A DNA stretch of 64,000 nucleotides from positions 11,560-75,559 of the forward strand of contig JACRJQ010000005.1 of NCBI GenBank assembly GCA_016215405.1. Direction: 5' to 3'. Made by a program: the position numbers and the translations under genes. The stretch is from Candidatus Tayloriibacteriota bacterium (GTDB lineage Bacteria; Patescibacteriota; Minisyncoccia; Phycocordibacterales; UBA6065). The notes beneath the pieces were generated by a model. It made no database searches and was not told where the DNA came from. It worked only from the letters and a program-made list of their open reading frames with translations. Positions 1 through 8,824 of the stretch are shown here, piece after piece; within the stretch, counting starts at the first letter, position 1; each line of letters opens with the position of its first letter.

Positions 1-19
1 CAATGCTATAATCTCCCCA

Positions 20-1699
20 ATGGTAAAGAGGATATTCTCCTTCGTCGGCAAAGAGATCAGCGGTCTTCACGAGGCCGCGTATCTTTTGGCGCTCTCCTCG
101 GTCGCGTCGCTCTTGTTCGCCCTCGTAAGAGACAGGCTCCTCGCGCACATGCTCGGCGCAGGCGCAGACCTCGACGTCTATTTCGCCGCGTTCCGAGTGC
201 CGGATTTCATATTCGTCGCCGTCGCCTCTCTCGTCTCTACGTCTATCCTCGTGCCGTTCCTCATAGAGGCGAGGCAGAAGGGAGAGGACGAGCTGAAGTC
301 GTCGATCGAGAGCCTTTTCCGCGCTTTTACGTTCCTCATCGTGGTCGTATCTATAGCTGCCGCTGTCTTTATGGAGCCGATACAGAGGGCGTTGTTCCCG
401 AACATATTCGCGGCGGGCAAGGGAGCTGACCTCGTCCTCGCGTCCCGCATACTCCTCCTTTCGCCTATCCTGCTCGGTTTCGGCAGCTTCTTCGCGTCTA
501 TAACCCAGATGCAGAACCGTTTCCTCGTCTATGCCCTGGGAGCCCCTCTCTACAATATCGGCATCATCCTCGGGATCCTCTTCTTTCTGCCGTTCTACGG
601 CGTCACAGGCCTCGTCTGGGGGGTCGTCCTCGGCGCCGCGCTCCTGCTTTGCATACAGCTGCCTCTCGTTATCCGTGACGGACATTTCCCGACGTTCTCG
701 TTCTCGTTCGAGTGGGCGAGAGTGAAGCAAGTCGCAAGGCTTTCGATCCCGCGCACCATAACCTTATCGTCGCAGCAGCTCTCGACCCTCGCCTTGGTCT
801 CCTTCGCGTCGTTTCTCGGCGCGGGTTCCATATCCATATTCAACCTCTCGTTCAATCTCCAATCGGTACCGCTCTCCATCATAGGCGCGAGCTATTCTTC
901 TGCAGCGTTCCCGATGCTCGCTCGCTTTATGGCGGAAGGGAATAGGGAGGCGTTCCTCGGCAAGATGATATCGGCCGCGAAGCACGTGATCTTCTGGGCC
1001 GTGCCGCTCTCGGCGCTCTTCATCGTATTGCGGGCCCAGATAGTCCGAACGGTCCTCGGGTCCGGCGCGTTCTCGTGGTCCGACACGCGCCTCACTTCCG
1101 CCGCCCTAGCTCTCTTCGTAGTCTCCGCGGCGGGACAGTCTCTTATCCTCCTTTTCGTCCGTTCGTTCTATGCGGAAGGGAAGACCGCGAAACCCCTCCT
1201 TATCAACGCGATATCAATGGCCGTCACCGTAGGTCTCGGCTTCCTCCTCATCAAGCTCTACCATCTCGTGCCGCTCTTTAGGGATTTCACCGAGGCGCTC
1301 ATGAAAGCCGAGGGTTCGAAGGATTCGTCCGTGCTCATGCTCCCTCTGGCGTTCTCTATCGGGACCTTCCTCAATCTCTTCCTCCACTGGGTCTCGTTCG
1401 GCAGGGAGTTCTCCGGGTTCACGAGACCCGTGCTTAAGACCGCATTCCACTCCGTCGGGGCGTCGCTTATCGGGTCTCTCATCGCATATAGGTCGCTTCG
1501 CCTTTTTGACGACGTATTCGACCTCTCTACAGCTTTCGGCATCTTCATGCAGGGCCTCTGCGCAGGCGTGGTCGGCATCGTCGCGATCGCAGCCGTCCTC
1601 GCCCTCCTGCGCTCGCAGGAGCTTCGAGATATCAGCGCCGCTATCCATGAAAAGGTCTGGAAGGTCGATCGCTCGTCTCTCGATAAGCTGCCCTCATAG
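20..1699 (+). CDS. murJ: Lipid II flippase MurJ (MviN family)
   Basis: 559-aa polytopic membrane protein; N-terminus (GKEISGLHEAAYLLALSSVASLLFALVRDRLLAHMLGAG, DLDVYFAAFRVPDFIF) matches the MurJ/MviN family pattern; ~14 predicted TM segments. Confidence 0.85.
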   Translation: MVKRIFSFVGKEISGLHEAAYLLALSSVASLLFALVRDRLLAHMLGAGADLDVYFAAFRVPDFIFVAVASLVSTSILVPFLIEARQKGEDELKSSIESLFRAFTFLIVVVSIAAAVFMEPIQRALFPNIFAAGKGADLVLASRILLLSPILLGFGSFFASITQMQNRFLVYALGAPLYNIGIILGILFFLPFYGVTGLVWGVVLGAALLLCIQLPLVIRDGHFPTFSFSFEWARVKQVARLSIPRTITLSSQQLSTLALVSFASFLGAGSISIFNLSFNLQSVPLSIIGASYSSAAFPMLARFMAEGNREAFLGKMISAAKHVIFWAVPLSALFIVLRAQIVRTVLGSGAFSWSDTRLTSAALALFVVSAAGQSLILLFVRSFYAEGKTAKPLLINAISMAVTVGLGFLLIKLYHLVPLFRDFTEALMKAEGSKDSSVLMLPLAFSIGTFLNLFLHWVSFGREFSGFTRPVLKTAFHSVGASLIGSLIAYRSLRLFDDVFDLSTAFGIFMQGLCAGVVGIVAIAAVLALLRSQELRDISAAIHEKVWKVDRSSLDKLPS

Positions 1700-1749
1700 G
1701 CTTCGAAAGCTTCAATTTTCGGCGTTTTCTGTTAGTATGACCCTTACCT

Positions 1750-3558
1750 ATGGATATCTCGCGCATACGGAATTTCAGCATCATAGCCCATATAGACCAC
1801 GGCAAATCCACCCTTGCCGACCGTTTGCTTGAGATAACCGGAACGATAGAGAAGAGGAAGATGCAGGAGCAGGTCCTCGACTCGATGGAATTGGAGCGCG
1901 AGCGAGGCATCACCATAAAGATGCAGCCGGTGCGCATGGAATATTCTCTCGACGGGGCGGACTACGTGATGAACCTTATCGATACGCCCGGACATATCGA
2001 CTTCTCATACGAGGTCTCTCGGGCCCTCAAGGCGGTCGAAGGGTCGATACTCCTTGTGGACGCGACCCAGGGCGTGCAGGCGCAAACCCTCACGACCCTC
2101 ACTATGGCTCGCGAGTCTGGGCTCGTCATCATCCCTGTCGTGTCGAAGATCGATTCGCCTTTGGCGCGCACCGACGAGGTGAAGATGGAGATAGCCCAGC
2201 TTTTGAATATCGACCTCGACCTCATATTGGGAGTATCGGGAAAGACAGGGGAAGGCGTACCCGAGCTCCTTCGGGAGCTCGTGAGGCGCGTGCCGGCCCC
2301 TAAGACAGAGGTCGCGATCGACGGCAAGGACTTTCGTTCGCTCGTTTTCGATTTTCAATATTCGAACCATCGAGGAGTCACCGTCTACACGCGCGTCATG
2401 GACGGGACGGTCGAGAAAGGGGACACCCTCATATTCCGCGTCGCGAACGAGACGTTCATAGTGAACGAGGTCGGCATATTCTCGCCGGACGAGATGCCGA
2501 GGGAGGCATTGTCAGCTGGGGAGATCGGCTATATCGTGACCGGAGTCAAAGAGCCGGGCATCGCCTCTGTGGGAGACACTATCACGGCCCTCCGCTCTGA
2601 CCTCGATCCGCTCCACGGCTATATGAAGCCTGCTCCCGTCGTGTGGGCATCTATCTATCCTGAGAGCCAGGACGATCTGACGCTTTTGCGACAAGCGCTC
2701 GGTCGCCTGTCGCTCTCCGACTCTGCGTTCACATATGAAGAAGAGTCCTCAGGCACGCTCGGTCGCGGATTCCGCTGCGGATTCCTCGGGATGCTCCATC
2801 TCGAGATCATAACAGAGCGCCTGCGCCGCGAATTCAACCTTAATCTCGTCGTCACGACACCTTCTATCACATACGAGGTCACTTTCAAGAACGGCAAAAA
2901 AGTCATCGTCTATTCGCCGCCTCTGTTCCCGGACGAAGGAGATATAGCGAAGATAGAGGAACCGTGGGTCGAGCTCAAGATAATAACGCCGAACGACTAT
3001 ATCGGCGCCCTCACCCAGATAATCTTCGAGCACGAAGGCGTCTCTGACCATATGGACACATGGGGAGCGGGAAGGACGGCTATAACCGTGCACATGCCCC
3101 TGCGCGAACTCATGAGGAATTTCTTCGATAACGTGAAGTCTGTCACATCGGGCTACGCATCGATCTCTTACCAGCCCACCGTGATGAAGGTCGCCGACGT
3201 GGCGCGGCTCGATATACTCATCGGCGAGGAGGTGGTGCCCGCGTTCACCCGCATCGTCGCGCGGACGAAAGCCTATGAAGAGGCCGAGAAGGTCGTCGAG
3301 AAGCTCGAACAGATACTCCCTAAGCAGATGTTCGTGACGAAGATCCAGGGTAAGGCGGGAGGACGCATCCTCGCTTCGCGTACCAAGGCGGCGCTCAAGA
3401 AGACGGTCACGGCGCATCTGTCGGGAGGCGACATAAGCCGCAAGAAGAAGCTCTGGAACATCCAAAAGGAAGGAAAGAAGCGCATGCTCGAGCGCGGGCA
3501 GGGCGATATAAACATCCCTCAGGAGGTGTTCGTGAAGATGATGAGGATGGGGGAATAG
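1750..3558 (+). CDS. lepA: Elongation factor 4 (LepA)
   Basis: N-terminal GTPase motifs IRNFSIIAHIDHGKSTLADRLL, DTPGH; length 602 aa; characteristic LepA C-terminal domain. Confidence 0.95.
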   Translation: MDISRIRNFSIIAHIDHGKSTLADRLLEITGTIEKRKMQEQVLDSMELERERGITIKMQPVRMEYSLDGADYVMNLIDTPGHIDFSYEVSRALKAVEGSILLVDATQGVQAQTLTTLTMARESGLVIIPVVSKIDSPLARTDEVKMEIAQLLNIDLDLILGVSGKTGEGVPELLRELVRRVPAPKTEVAIDGKDFRSLVFDFQYSNHRGVTVYTRVMDGTVEKGDTLIFRVANETFIVNEVGIFSPDEMPREALSAGEIGYIVTGVKEPGIASVGDTITALRSDLDPLHGYMKPAPVVWASIYPESQDDLTLLRQALGRLSLSDSAFTYEEESSGTLGRGFRCGFLGMLHLEIITERLRREFNLNLVVTTPSITYEVTFKNGKKVIVYSPPLFPDEGDIAKIEEPWVELKIITPNDYIGALTQIIFEHEGVSDHMDTWGAGRTAITVHMPLRELMRNFFDNVKSVTSGYASISYQPTVMKVADVARLDILIGEEVVPAFTRIVARTKAYEEAEKVVEKLEQILPKQMFVTKIQGKAGGRILASRTKAALKKTVTAHLSGGDISRKKKLWNIQKEGKKRMLERGQGDINIPQEVFVKMMRMGE

Positions 3559-3676
3559 ACCTGGAGGCTGTCTCGTCTGGTCTGTCGTCGGTTTGCGGGA
3601 GTCGGAACTTTTCAGTCACATGTCGCGTTATATAGGTAGCTCGACATTACAAAGCGCTTAATTTCGCGAGAGAGGA

Positions 3677-4081
3677 ATGCAAAGCATCTATAGGGCATAC
3701 GACGTGCGCGGCATATATCCGGACGAGGTGAACGCAGAGAGCGTAAAGAAGATAGGCAGGCAGTGCGCCCGGATATTCGAATCGGGGAAGGTCGTCATAA
3801 GCCAGGACGGGAGGCACGGCGGCGCGGAGCTGCGCCGCGCCTTTTGCGAAGGTCTCCTCGAAGAGGCTGGGCGCACTGGCAGAGAATTCGAGCTCATACA
3901 GGTGCCTTTATCCACATCCCCTATGTTCTACTATCTCGTTGGATATTACAGGGCTTCTGGCGGGGCGATGGTCACGGCTTCGCATAATCCAAAGGAGTAT
4001 AACGGGATAAAGGCGGTACGGCGCGAAGGAGATTCCGTTATGTTCGTAAGCGGCACCGAGATAGGAGCGATAGAACTCTAG
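3677..4081 (+). pseudogene. Phosphomannomutase/phosphoglucomutase, N-terminal domain I fragment (active-site TASHNP); split from downstream ORF by frameshift plus TAG
   Basis: Contains the PGM/PMM catalytic Ser motif TASHNPKEYNGIK; ends at a TAG at 4079-4081 exactly at the domain I/II boundary; next ORF starts 3 nt later in another frame. Confidence 0.65.
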
Positions 4082-4083
4082 CG

Positions 4084-4980
4084 ATGAATATGGACCACCA
4101 CGTCAGGGCATATGCCGATTTCCTCGAGTCGAAGACAGATCTGAGGATGCCGCTTAAGGTCGTATGCGACTTTTCGAACGGCCCGACCTCCATCGTCGCG
4201 CGCGAGCTCGCGCGAAGGCTCTCGTCGAGCCTGCACATGGTGCCGATGAACGATTCGGTGCACCCCGATTTCCCGGCCCACGGCCCAGACCCCTCGGTCC
4301 CCGCGGCGGCGACCGAGATAGGGAAAAAAGTCGTGGAGACCCGCGCGGATCTCGGCGTCATATTCGATGGCGACGGCGATCGCGCGGTCTTCGTAGACGA
4401 AAGGGGCGTGCCCGTGCCGCCCGTCGCAGTCGCCCTGTTCCTCATGAAGAATATCCCGGGCCCGCACGTCCTCGACGCCTTGCTTTACGAAGCGGCGACG
4501 CATCTCGATCCTAGCCTCATAGGAAGCATCTTCGCCTCTAAGGTGGGCAGGTTCTTTATAAGCAGGACGATGAGGGAGAAGGGTGCCTCGATCGGCGCCG
4601 AATTCTCCGGGCACTTTTTCTTTAGAGATTTTTTCGGGCTCGATTCGGCCCTCCTTACGATGATTTCGGTCTTGAACCTGATATCTCGCACGGAGGCTCG
4701 CGCCTCGTCGTCTTTCTCGAGATACGGCGGGCACTCCGTAGTAGCGGCTAAAGCCTGCCTCTCGAGGCCGTTCTCTTCTGTCGCGGAGGATATCAAGCTC
4801 TCCGTATCTTCCCAAGGCCCGCGAATATCGGAGTTAGACGGCCTGACCGTCGATTTCGGAGACAGATGGGTGAATCTGCGGCCCTCGAATACCGAACCGG
4901 TGATAAGGATAACGGCAGGGGCGCCAGATCCCATCGTCGCAGAAGCGCTCGGGGAAGAGTTTAGAAAGGCTGTCGCCTAA
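4084..4980 (+). pseudogene. Phosphomannomutase/phosphoglucomutase domains II-IV (C-terminal part of split gene)
   Basis: Motifs FDGDGDR (metal-binding loop), GAEFSGH, C-terminal domain IV; together with 3677-4081 reconstitutes a ~430-aa PMM/PGM. Confidence 0.65.
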
Positions 4981-4984
4981 ATCG

Positions 4985-5008
4985 AAAGCCGGCTCGAGGC
5001 CGGCTTTT
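4985..5008. terminator. Intrinsic terminator hairpin AAAGCCGGC-TCGAG-GCCGGCTTTT
   Basis: Perfect 9-bp GC stem followed by T-run directly after the PMM ORF stop. Confidence 0.7.
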
Positions 5009-5013
5009 CGCTC

Positions 5014-5121
5014 TTAGTAGAGGGACGGAAGGTAGGCGAGTATCATCGACAGGATGATAAGGACGCATATGACGCCCCAGACGATCGCTACTTTCTTTCG
5101 GTGGTTCGGATTGAGAAGCAT
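5014..5121 (-). CDS. Small hypothetical single-TM membrane protein (35 aa)
   Basis: ATG..TAA ORF MLLNPNHRKKVAIVWGVICVLIILSMILAYLPSLY; hydrophobic core with N-terminal basic residues; not in the supplied ORF track (too short). Confidence 0.3.
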   Translation of the reverse strand: MLLNPNHRKKVAIVWGVICVLIILSMILAYLPSLY

Positions 5122-5182
5122 TGTGTAATGGGTTAAAGTAAGTGCATGGTAGCGCGTTTCGGTCCCGATTTCAACATTCTAC

Positions 5183-5566
5183 ATGAGAGAGTTCGAGGAA
5201 CGCAGAAAGGTGAAGAAGCTCCTGCATTCGCGGTACGCGATAGCGGCTTTACTCGTCGTGCTCCTACTTCTATCTCGTGGCGTTTGGGGCGCCTACCAGA
5301 AATACGCGAGGTCTGAGGAGATAGCGCAGAGGATCGAGGAGGAGTATTCTACGTTGCAGGAAAAAGAAGCCTCGCTTAGGTCCGCCCTTTCGGATCTGGA
5401 GACCGAAGAAGGGAGGGAGAGAGAGGTCCGCGATAGGTTCGGCGCCGTCAAAGAGGGCGAGAGGCTCATCATCCTCGTCGACGACGAAGCGCCCGCGAAA
5501 CAGACCGTTCGCTTCGAGTCGAGGGGGCTCTGGCAGAGGATAAAGGATCTTTTCACGCGAGATTAG
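5183..5566 (+). CDS. Septum formation initiator-like protein (FtsB/DivIC family)
   Basis: 127 aa, N-terminal TM (AIAALLVVLLLLS) followed by a coiled-coil (EEEYSTLQEKEASLRSALSDLETEE); FtsB/DivIC-like architecture. Confidence 0.5.
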   Translation: MREFEERRKVKKLLHSRYAIAALLVVLLLLSRGVWGAYQKYARSEEIAQRIEEEYSTLQEKEASLRSALSDLETEEGREREVRDRFGAVKEGERLIILVDDEAPAKQTVRFESRGLWQRIKDLFTRD

Positions 5567-5627
5567 TTTAGTGGTAGAACTGGTGCTTCCCAAGCATCGG
5601 GCGCGGGTTCGATTCCCGCATCTCGCA
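5557..5627 (+). tRNA. tRNA-Gly (anticodon CCC)
   Basis: Cloverleaf: acceptor GCGAGAT/ATCTCGC, T-arm GGGTTCGATTCCC, anticodon loop TTCCCAA; no encoded CCA. Confidence 0.8.
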
Positions 5628-5687
5628 CTATTGGCGGAGATGAAATTTTTGTTGCCTAGTCCCTCAAGAGAGGGTAAATCGGGTATA

Positions 5688-5933
5688 ATGCCATCTATGA
5701 AAAAAGTAGAGATATATTCGACCCCGGTATGCAAGTATTGCAATCTTGCGAAGAATTTCTTTAAGAAGAACAACGTATCGTATACGGAATACGACGTCGC
5801 TTCTGACGGAGCGAAGAGGGCTGAGATGGTGGAGAAATCCGGCCAGCTCGGGGTGCCGGTGATCGATGTAGGCGGCGACATAGTCGTAGGCTTCGACGAA
5901 GCGGTCCTCAAGCATCTATTGGAGGTGAAATAG
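5688..5933 (+). CDS. Glutaredoxin-like protein (NrdH/glutaredoxin family, CxxC = CKYC)
   Basis: ~81 aa thioredoxin fold: KVEIYSTPVCKYCNLAKNFF...GQLGVPVIDVGGDIVVGFD; -10-like TATAAT overlaps the ATG. Confidence 0.7.
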   Translation: MPSMKKVEIYSTPVCKYCNLAKNFFKKNNVSYTEYDVASDGAKRAEMVEKSGQLGVPVIDVGGDIVVGFDEAVLKHLLEVK

Positions 5934-5960
5934 GCGGATATCCGTCCGATCGGTTTTAGA

Positions 5961-6000
5961 CCATGCAAAAACACTGGCTTAAGGCCAGTGTTTTTGCATG
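5961..6000. terminator. Long perfect hairpin (17-18 bp stem) CCATGCAAAAACACTGGC-TTAAG-GCCAGTGTTTTTGCATGG
   Basis: Seen directly; lies between the convergent glutaredoxin gene (+) and tRNA-Arg (-), abutting the tRNA 3' CCA. Confidence 0.6.
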
Positions 6001-6075
6001 GTGCCCTCAGAAGGAATCGAACCTACATCTCATCCTTAGGACGGATTTGCTCTATCCATTGAGCTATGAGGGCGC
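5999..6075 (-). tRNA. tRNA-Arg (anticodon CCU, tentative) with encoded CCA
   Basis: Minus-strand cloverleaf GCCCTCA..D-arm GCTC/GAGC..anticodon arm AATCC-GTCCTAA-GGATG..T-loop TTCGATT..TGAGGGC-A-CCA; one stem mismatch, so anticodon assignment is moderate. Confidence 0.55.
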
Positions 6076-6152
6076 GAAAATGACTATAGCACAGGAGACG
6101 GGCCGGCCCAAGAGCTTCCATTTCCCGGTCTGAAGCGTATACTATCCTTATC

Positions 6153-6587
6153 ATGACAGGACAGATCAAAAGGGTCTTGTTTCTCGCCGCTCTGGTATCG
6201 TTCGCAGCGATCGCCGTGTTCGGCGGATGGGATATCGTCGTATCGCAGGGCTTGGATATGCCTGGCTGTCTCGCGACGTCGCTTAACGGCTTTGATTGCC
6301 CGAGCGTGCCCGGCACTTTAGGCTTCCTCAATTTCCATATAAAGCCCCTCGCCGATTTCTCTTCGGGAGCCTTCAGCGCGGCGATATCCGCGCTCTCCGC
6401 CCTCGCGCTCCTGGCTGTGGCCGTCTGTTTCGCGTCGGCGCCCTCGAGGCTCGCCGCTATCGAGGAGGGCGCGCCTGCCGCCGCGGCGCTTACGACCGAG
6501 AGCGGCTTCACTCCTCTTCAAAAGTCGGTCTCTGTGCGATGGCTCGCGCTTTTCGTTAACAGCCCGGCAGACATACAGGGCGCCTAG
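6153..6587 (+). CDS. Hypothetical membrane protein (2 TM, Cys-containing loop)
   Basis: 144 aa; N-terminal TM, CLATSLNGFDCP loop, second TM; coding-like codon usage; sits upstream of ccdA in a thiol-disulfide gene cluster. Confidence 0.4.
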   Translation: MTGQIKRVLFLAALVSFAAIAVFGGWDIVVSQGLDMPGCLATSLNGFDCPSVPGTLGFLNFHIKPLADFSSGAFSAAISALSALALLAVAVCFASAPSRLAAIEEGAPAAAALTTESGFTPLQKSVSVRWLALFVNSPADIQGA

Positions 6588-6659
6588 GCGGCTTTTAACA
6601 GCTCGCCGCCTCGCGCCCTACGGTCCCGCCTCTGCGGGATTTTCTCTTGTCTCTACCTT

Positions 6660-7442
6660 ATGAACAAAAAACTCGTATCTCTCATAGTTCTGGCGGTCCT
6701 CCTGTTCGGCGTCGCGGCTTTCTTCGGTTCAGGGAGCGTCCGCGGGCTCTCGCTCTCTGAAATGGGTCCGGGAAACCCCTGGTTCCTTCCCCTCGTCCTC
6801 GTCTCGGCCCTTATAGACAGCGTCAACCCTTGCGCGATCTCGATCTTGCTCATCAGCATCGCGTTCTTCGTGAGCATGGGATTCTCCCGAGCAGGCATGC
6901 TCAGAGCCGGCGGCGCTTATATCGCCGGGATATTCGCCGTCTACGTGCTCATCGGGCTCGGGATACTGCAGGCTCTGTCGATATTGAACGTGCCTCATTT
7001 CGCTTCGAAGATAGGCGCGGTCATAATCGGCATCCTTGGCATCCTCGGAGTCCTGGGGGTCCTTTTCCCGAACTTTCCCGTTAAATTCAAGATCCCGAAC
7101 GCCGCGCACGGGCGGATCGCCCTTCTCATGAAGAAGGCGTCGGCGCCCGCCCTGTTCTTTCTCGGCGGGTTCATAGCCCTCTGCGAATTCCCGTGTACGG
7201 GCGGGCCCTATCTCCTGATCCTGGGCCTCCTGCACGATTCAGGGACCTACGTATCCGGCCTCTGGTACCTTTTGGCCTACAATCTCGTGTTCGTGCTTCC
7301 TCTCGCCGTCATACTCCTTATCGGAAGCGAGCAGGGGCTCCTCGAGAAGGTGAAGGCGTGGAAATCTGCTGAGACGGGAAAGGCGAAGCTGTGGGGAAGT
7401 GTCGCTATGATCGCCCTCGGAATCGTGATATTCATCCTTTAA
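6660..7442 (+). CDS. ccdA: Cytochrome c-type biogenesis/thiol-disulfide transfer protein CcdA (DsbD transmembrane domain family)
   Basis: 260 aa, ~6-8 TM, two conserved Cys in TM segments (VNPCAISIL and CEFPCTGGP), typical CcdA/DsbD-beta. Confidence 0.8.
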   Translation: MNKKLVSLIVLAVLLFGVAAFFGSGSVRGLSLSEMGPGNPWFLPLVLVSALIDSVNPCAISILLISIAFFVSMGFSRAGMLRAGGAYIAGIFAVYVLIGLGILQALSILNVPHFASKIGAVIIGILGILGVLGVLFPNFPVKFKIPNAAHGRIALLMKKASAPALFFLGGFIALCEFPCTGGPYLLILGLLHDSGTYVSGLWYLLAYNLVFVLPLAVILLIGSEQGLLEKVKAWKSAETGKAKLWGSVAMIALGIVIFIL

Positions 7443-7460
7443 TCGGTTAAACGCAAAACA

Positions 7461-7961
7461 ATGAACACAAAAGAAAAGTTCGAAAAGCTGGTAGAGAGGG
7501 CGTCCGAGCTCAAGAAGTCGGGGACGCTGGACCTCTCGATGGAAGAGGACCTCTCGATCGCCGTCATGAATCTTATTAGCCTCGAGGAGCATCTCTTCTT
7601 TACGGCGAAGAAGACCGGGAAATCCGAGTATCTCGGAATGCTCGACGAGGTTCGGTCGATGAGGGCAGACCTCCTCGGCAAGATGATAACCAAAGGGGAG
7701 GGAGAGACATGGTGCGTATCGAAGCACCTTTTGGCGGCGGCGATGCGCCTTATGGAAGTAGGCACGAAGCTCCGTTCGAAAGGGAAGATCGAGGAGGCGG
7801 ACGACGCGTTCGCGAAGGCCTATAAATCCTATTCGCTGTTCTGGGCGGTGCGCCTCGCGAACCAGGAATCGGAGAGGGGAGAGGGCAAGGCCGAAGAGAA
7901 GAAGCCGTGGACGGTGGACGATATAGTTAATAGCCTAGTAGATTGCTGCAATGAAAAATAA
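7461..7961 (+). CDS. Hypothetical protein (cytoplasmic, C-terminal CC pair)
   Basis: 166 aa, no recognisable motif; overlaps the next gene start by 11 nt (operon coupling). Confidence 0.45.
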   Translation: MNTKEKFEKLVERASELKKSGTLDLSMEEDLSIAVMNLISLEEHLFFTAKKTGKSEYLGMLDEVRSMRADLLGKMITKGEGETWCVSKHLLAAAMRLMEVGTKLRSKGKIEEADDAFAKAYKSYSLFWAVRLANQESERGEGKAEEKKPWTVDDIVNSLVDCCNEK

Positions 7962-8322
7962 ACTAAACCTCATACTGATACTTTTAGCGCTCGCGGTCGC
8001 GATAGGCCTTATCGCCTATCCGAAGCTCAAGCAGAGGTCGGACGTCTCTCTCGACGGTTTCGCGCAGTGTCTCGCGGACAAGGGCGCGACCATGTACGGC
8101 GCCGCTTGGTGCTCGCATTGCCAAAGGGAAAAAGCCGCGTTCGGAGGGTCGTGGAGGCTCGTCCCTTACGTGGAGTGTCCCGAGAATACGAAGCTCTGCG
8201 TCGATAAGGGGATCAAGGGCTATCCTACCTGGATATTCGACGACGGTAGGCGCTTCGAAGGGGAGCAGGGAATCAAAAAGCTATCGGAAGTGAGCGGGTG
8301 CCCTTTACCGGAGGGAAGATAG
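7951..8322 (+). CDS. Membrane-anchored thioredoxin-fold oxidoreductase (CxxC = WCSHCQ)
   Basis: 123 aa, N-terminal TM anchor then thioredoxin-like domain with WCSHC active site and additional Cys pairs; ResA/DsbA-like partner for CcdA. Confidence 0.65.
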   Translation: MKNKLNLILILLALAVAIGLIAYPKLKQRSDVSLDGFAQCLADKGATMYGAAWCSHCQREKAAFGGSWRLVPYVECPENTKLCVDKGIKGYPTWIFDDGRRFEGEQGIKKLSEVSGCPLPEGR

Positions 8323-8742
8323 CTACCTAGAGGACCTGATCTTCTCGATCTCTGCCTTAAGGGAGCGTATCTCGTCGCGCACGTGCCGTAAGGTCACGGA
8401 TTCCTCCTTTACGAGCTCTTCTGTCGTCTCTTCGAGCTTCTTCTCGCGCCTGAGGCCGGAGAGTATGATGCGGTCGCCGATGAAGACCGATACCATGAGA
8501 CCCGTGAGCATGAGGCCGAGGGTCGATACCACCACTTGGACGGGACCATAGAAGAAGTAGGACAGGACGGGTACGCCCGAATACATGAGGATGTCCGCGG
8601 TCTCCCAGACTCCGCGCCAGAAAAGGACGACGCCTACGCCGCCGACGATCGAATACGGTATAGGATGCCTTGAAAGGTGCTCTCGGGCGAAATCTTCGAG
8701 CTTGTCGAATACGCGGACGGTCGAATGGTATGCCTTATTCAT
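8323..8742 (-). CDS. Hypothetical membrane protein with C-terminal coiled coil
   Basis: 139 aa, two TM helices then EETTEELVKEESVTLRHVRDEIRSLKAEIEKI. Confidence 0.45.
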   Translation of the reverse strand: MNKAYHSTVRVFDKLEDFAREHLSRHPIPYSIVGGVGVVLFWRGVWETADILMYSGVPVLSYFFYGPVQVVVSTLGLMLTGLMVSVFIGDRIILSGLRREKKLEETTEELVKEESVTLRHVRDEIRSLKAEIEKIRSSR

Positions 8743-8824
8743 GCTTTAGGTGTTTATAGGGCGCCTCGCGGCGTGAAAGTCTGTCTCGAATATAGTACTA
8801 TAAGTTAACAAGTTTCGAAAATAC

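Noticed and set aside
6023-6511. 162-aa minus-strand ORF
   Set aside because: Overlaps tRNA-Arg and is antisense to a better-looking plus-strand ORF; Ala/Ser-rich low complexity
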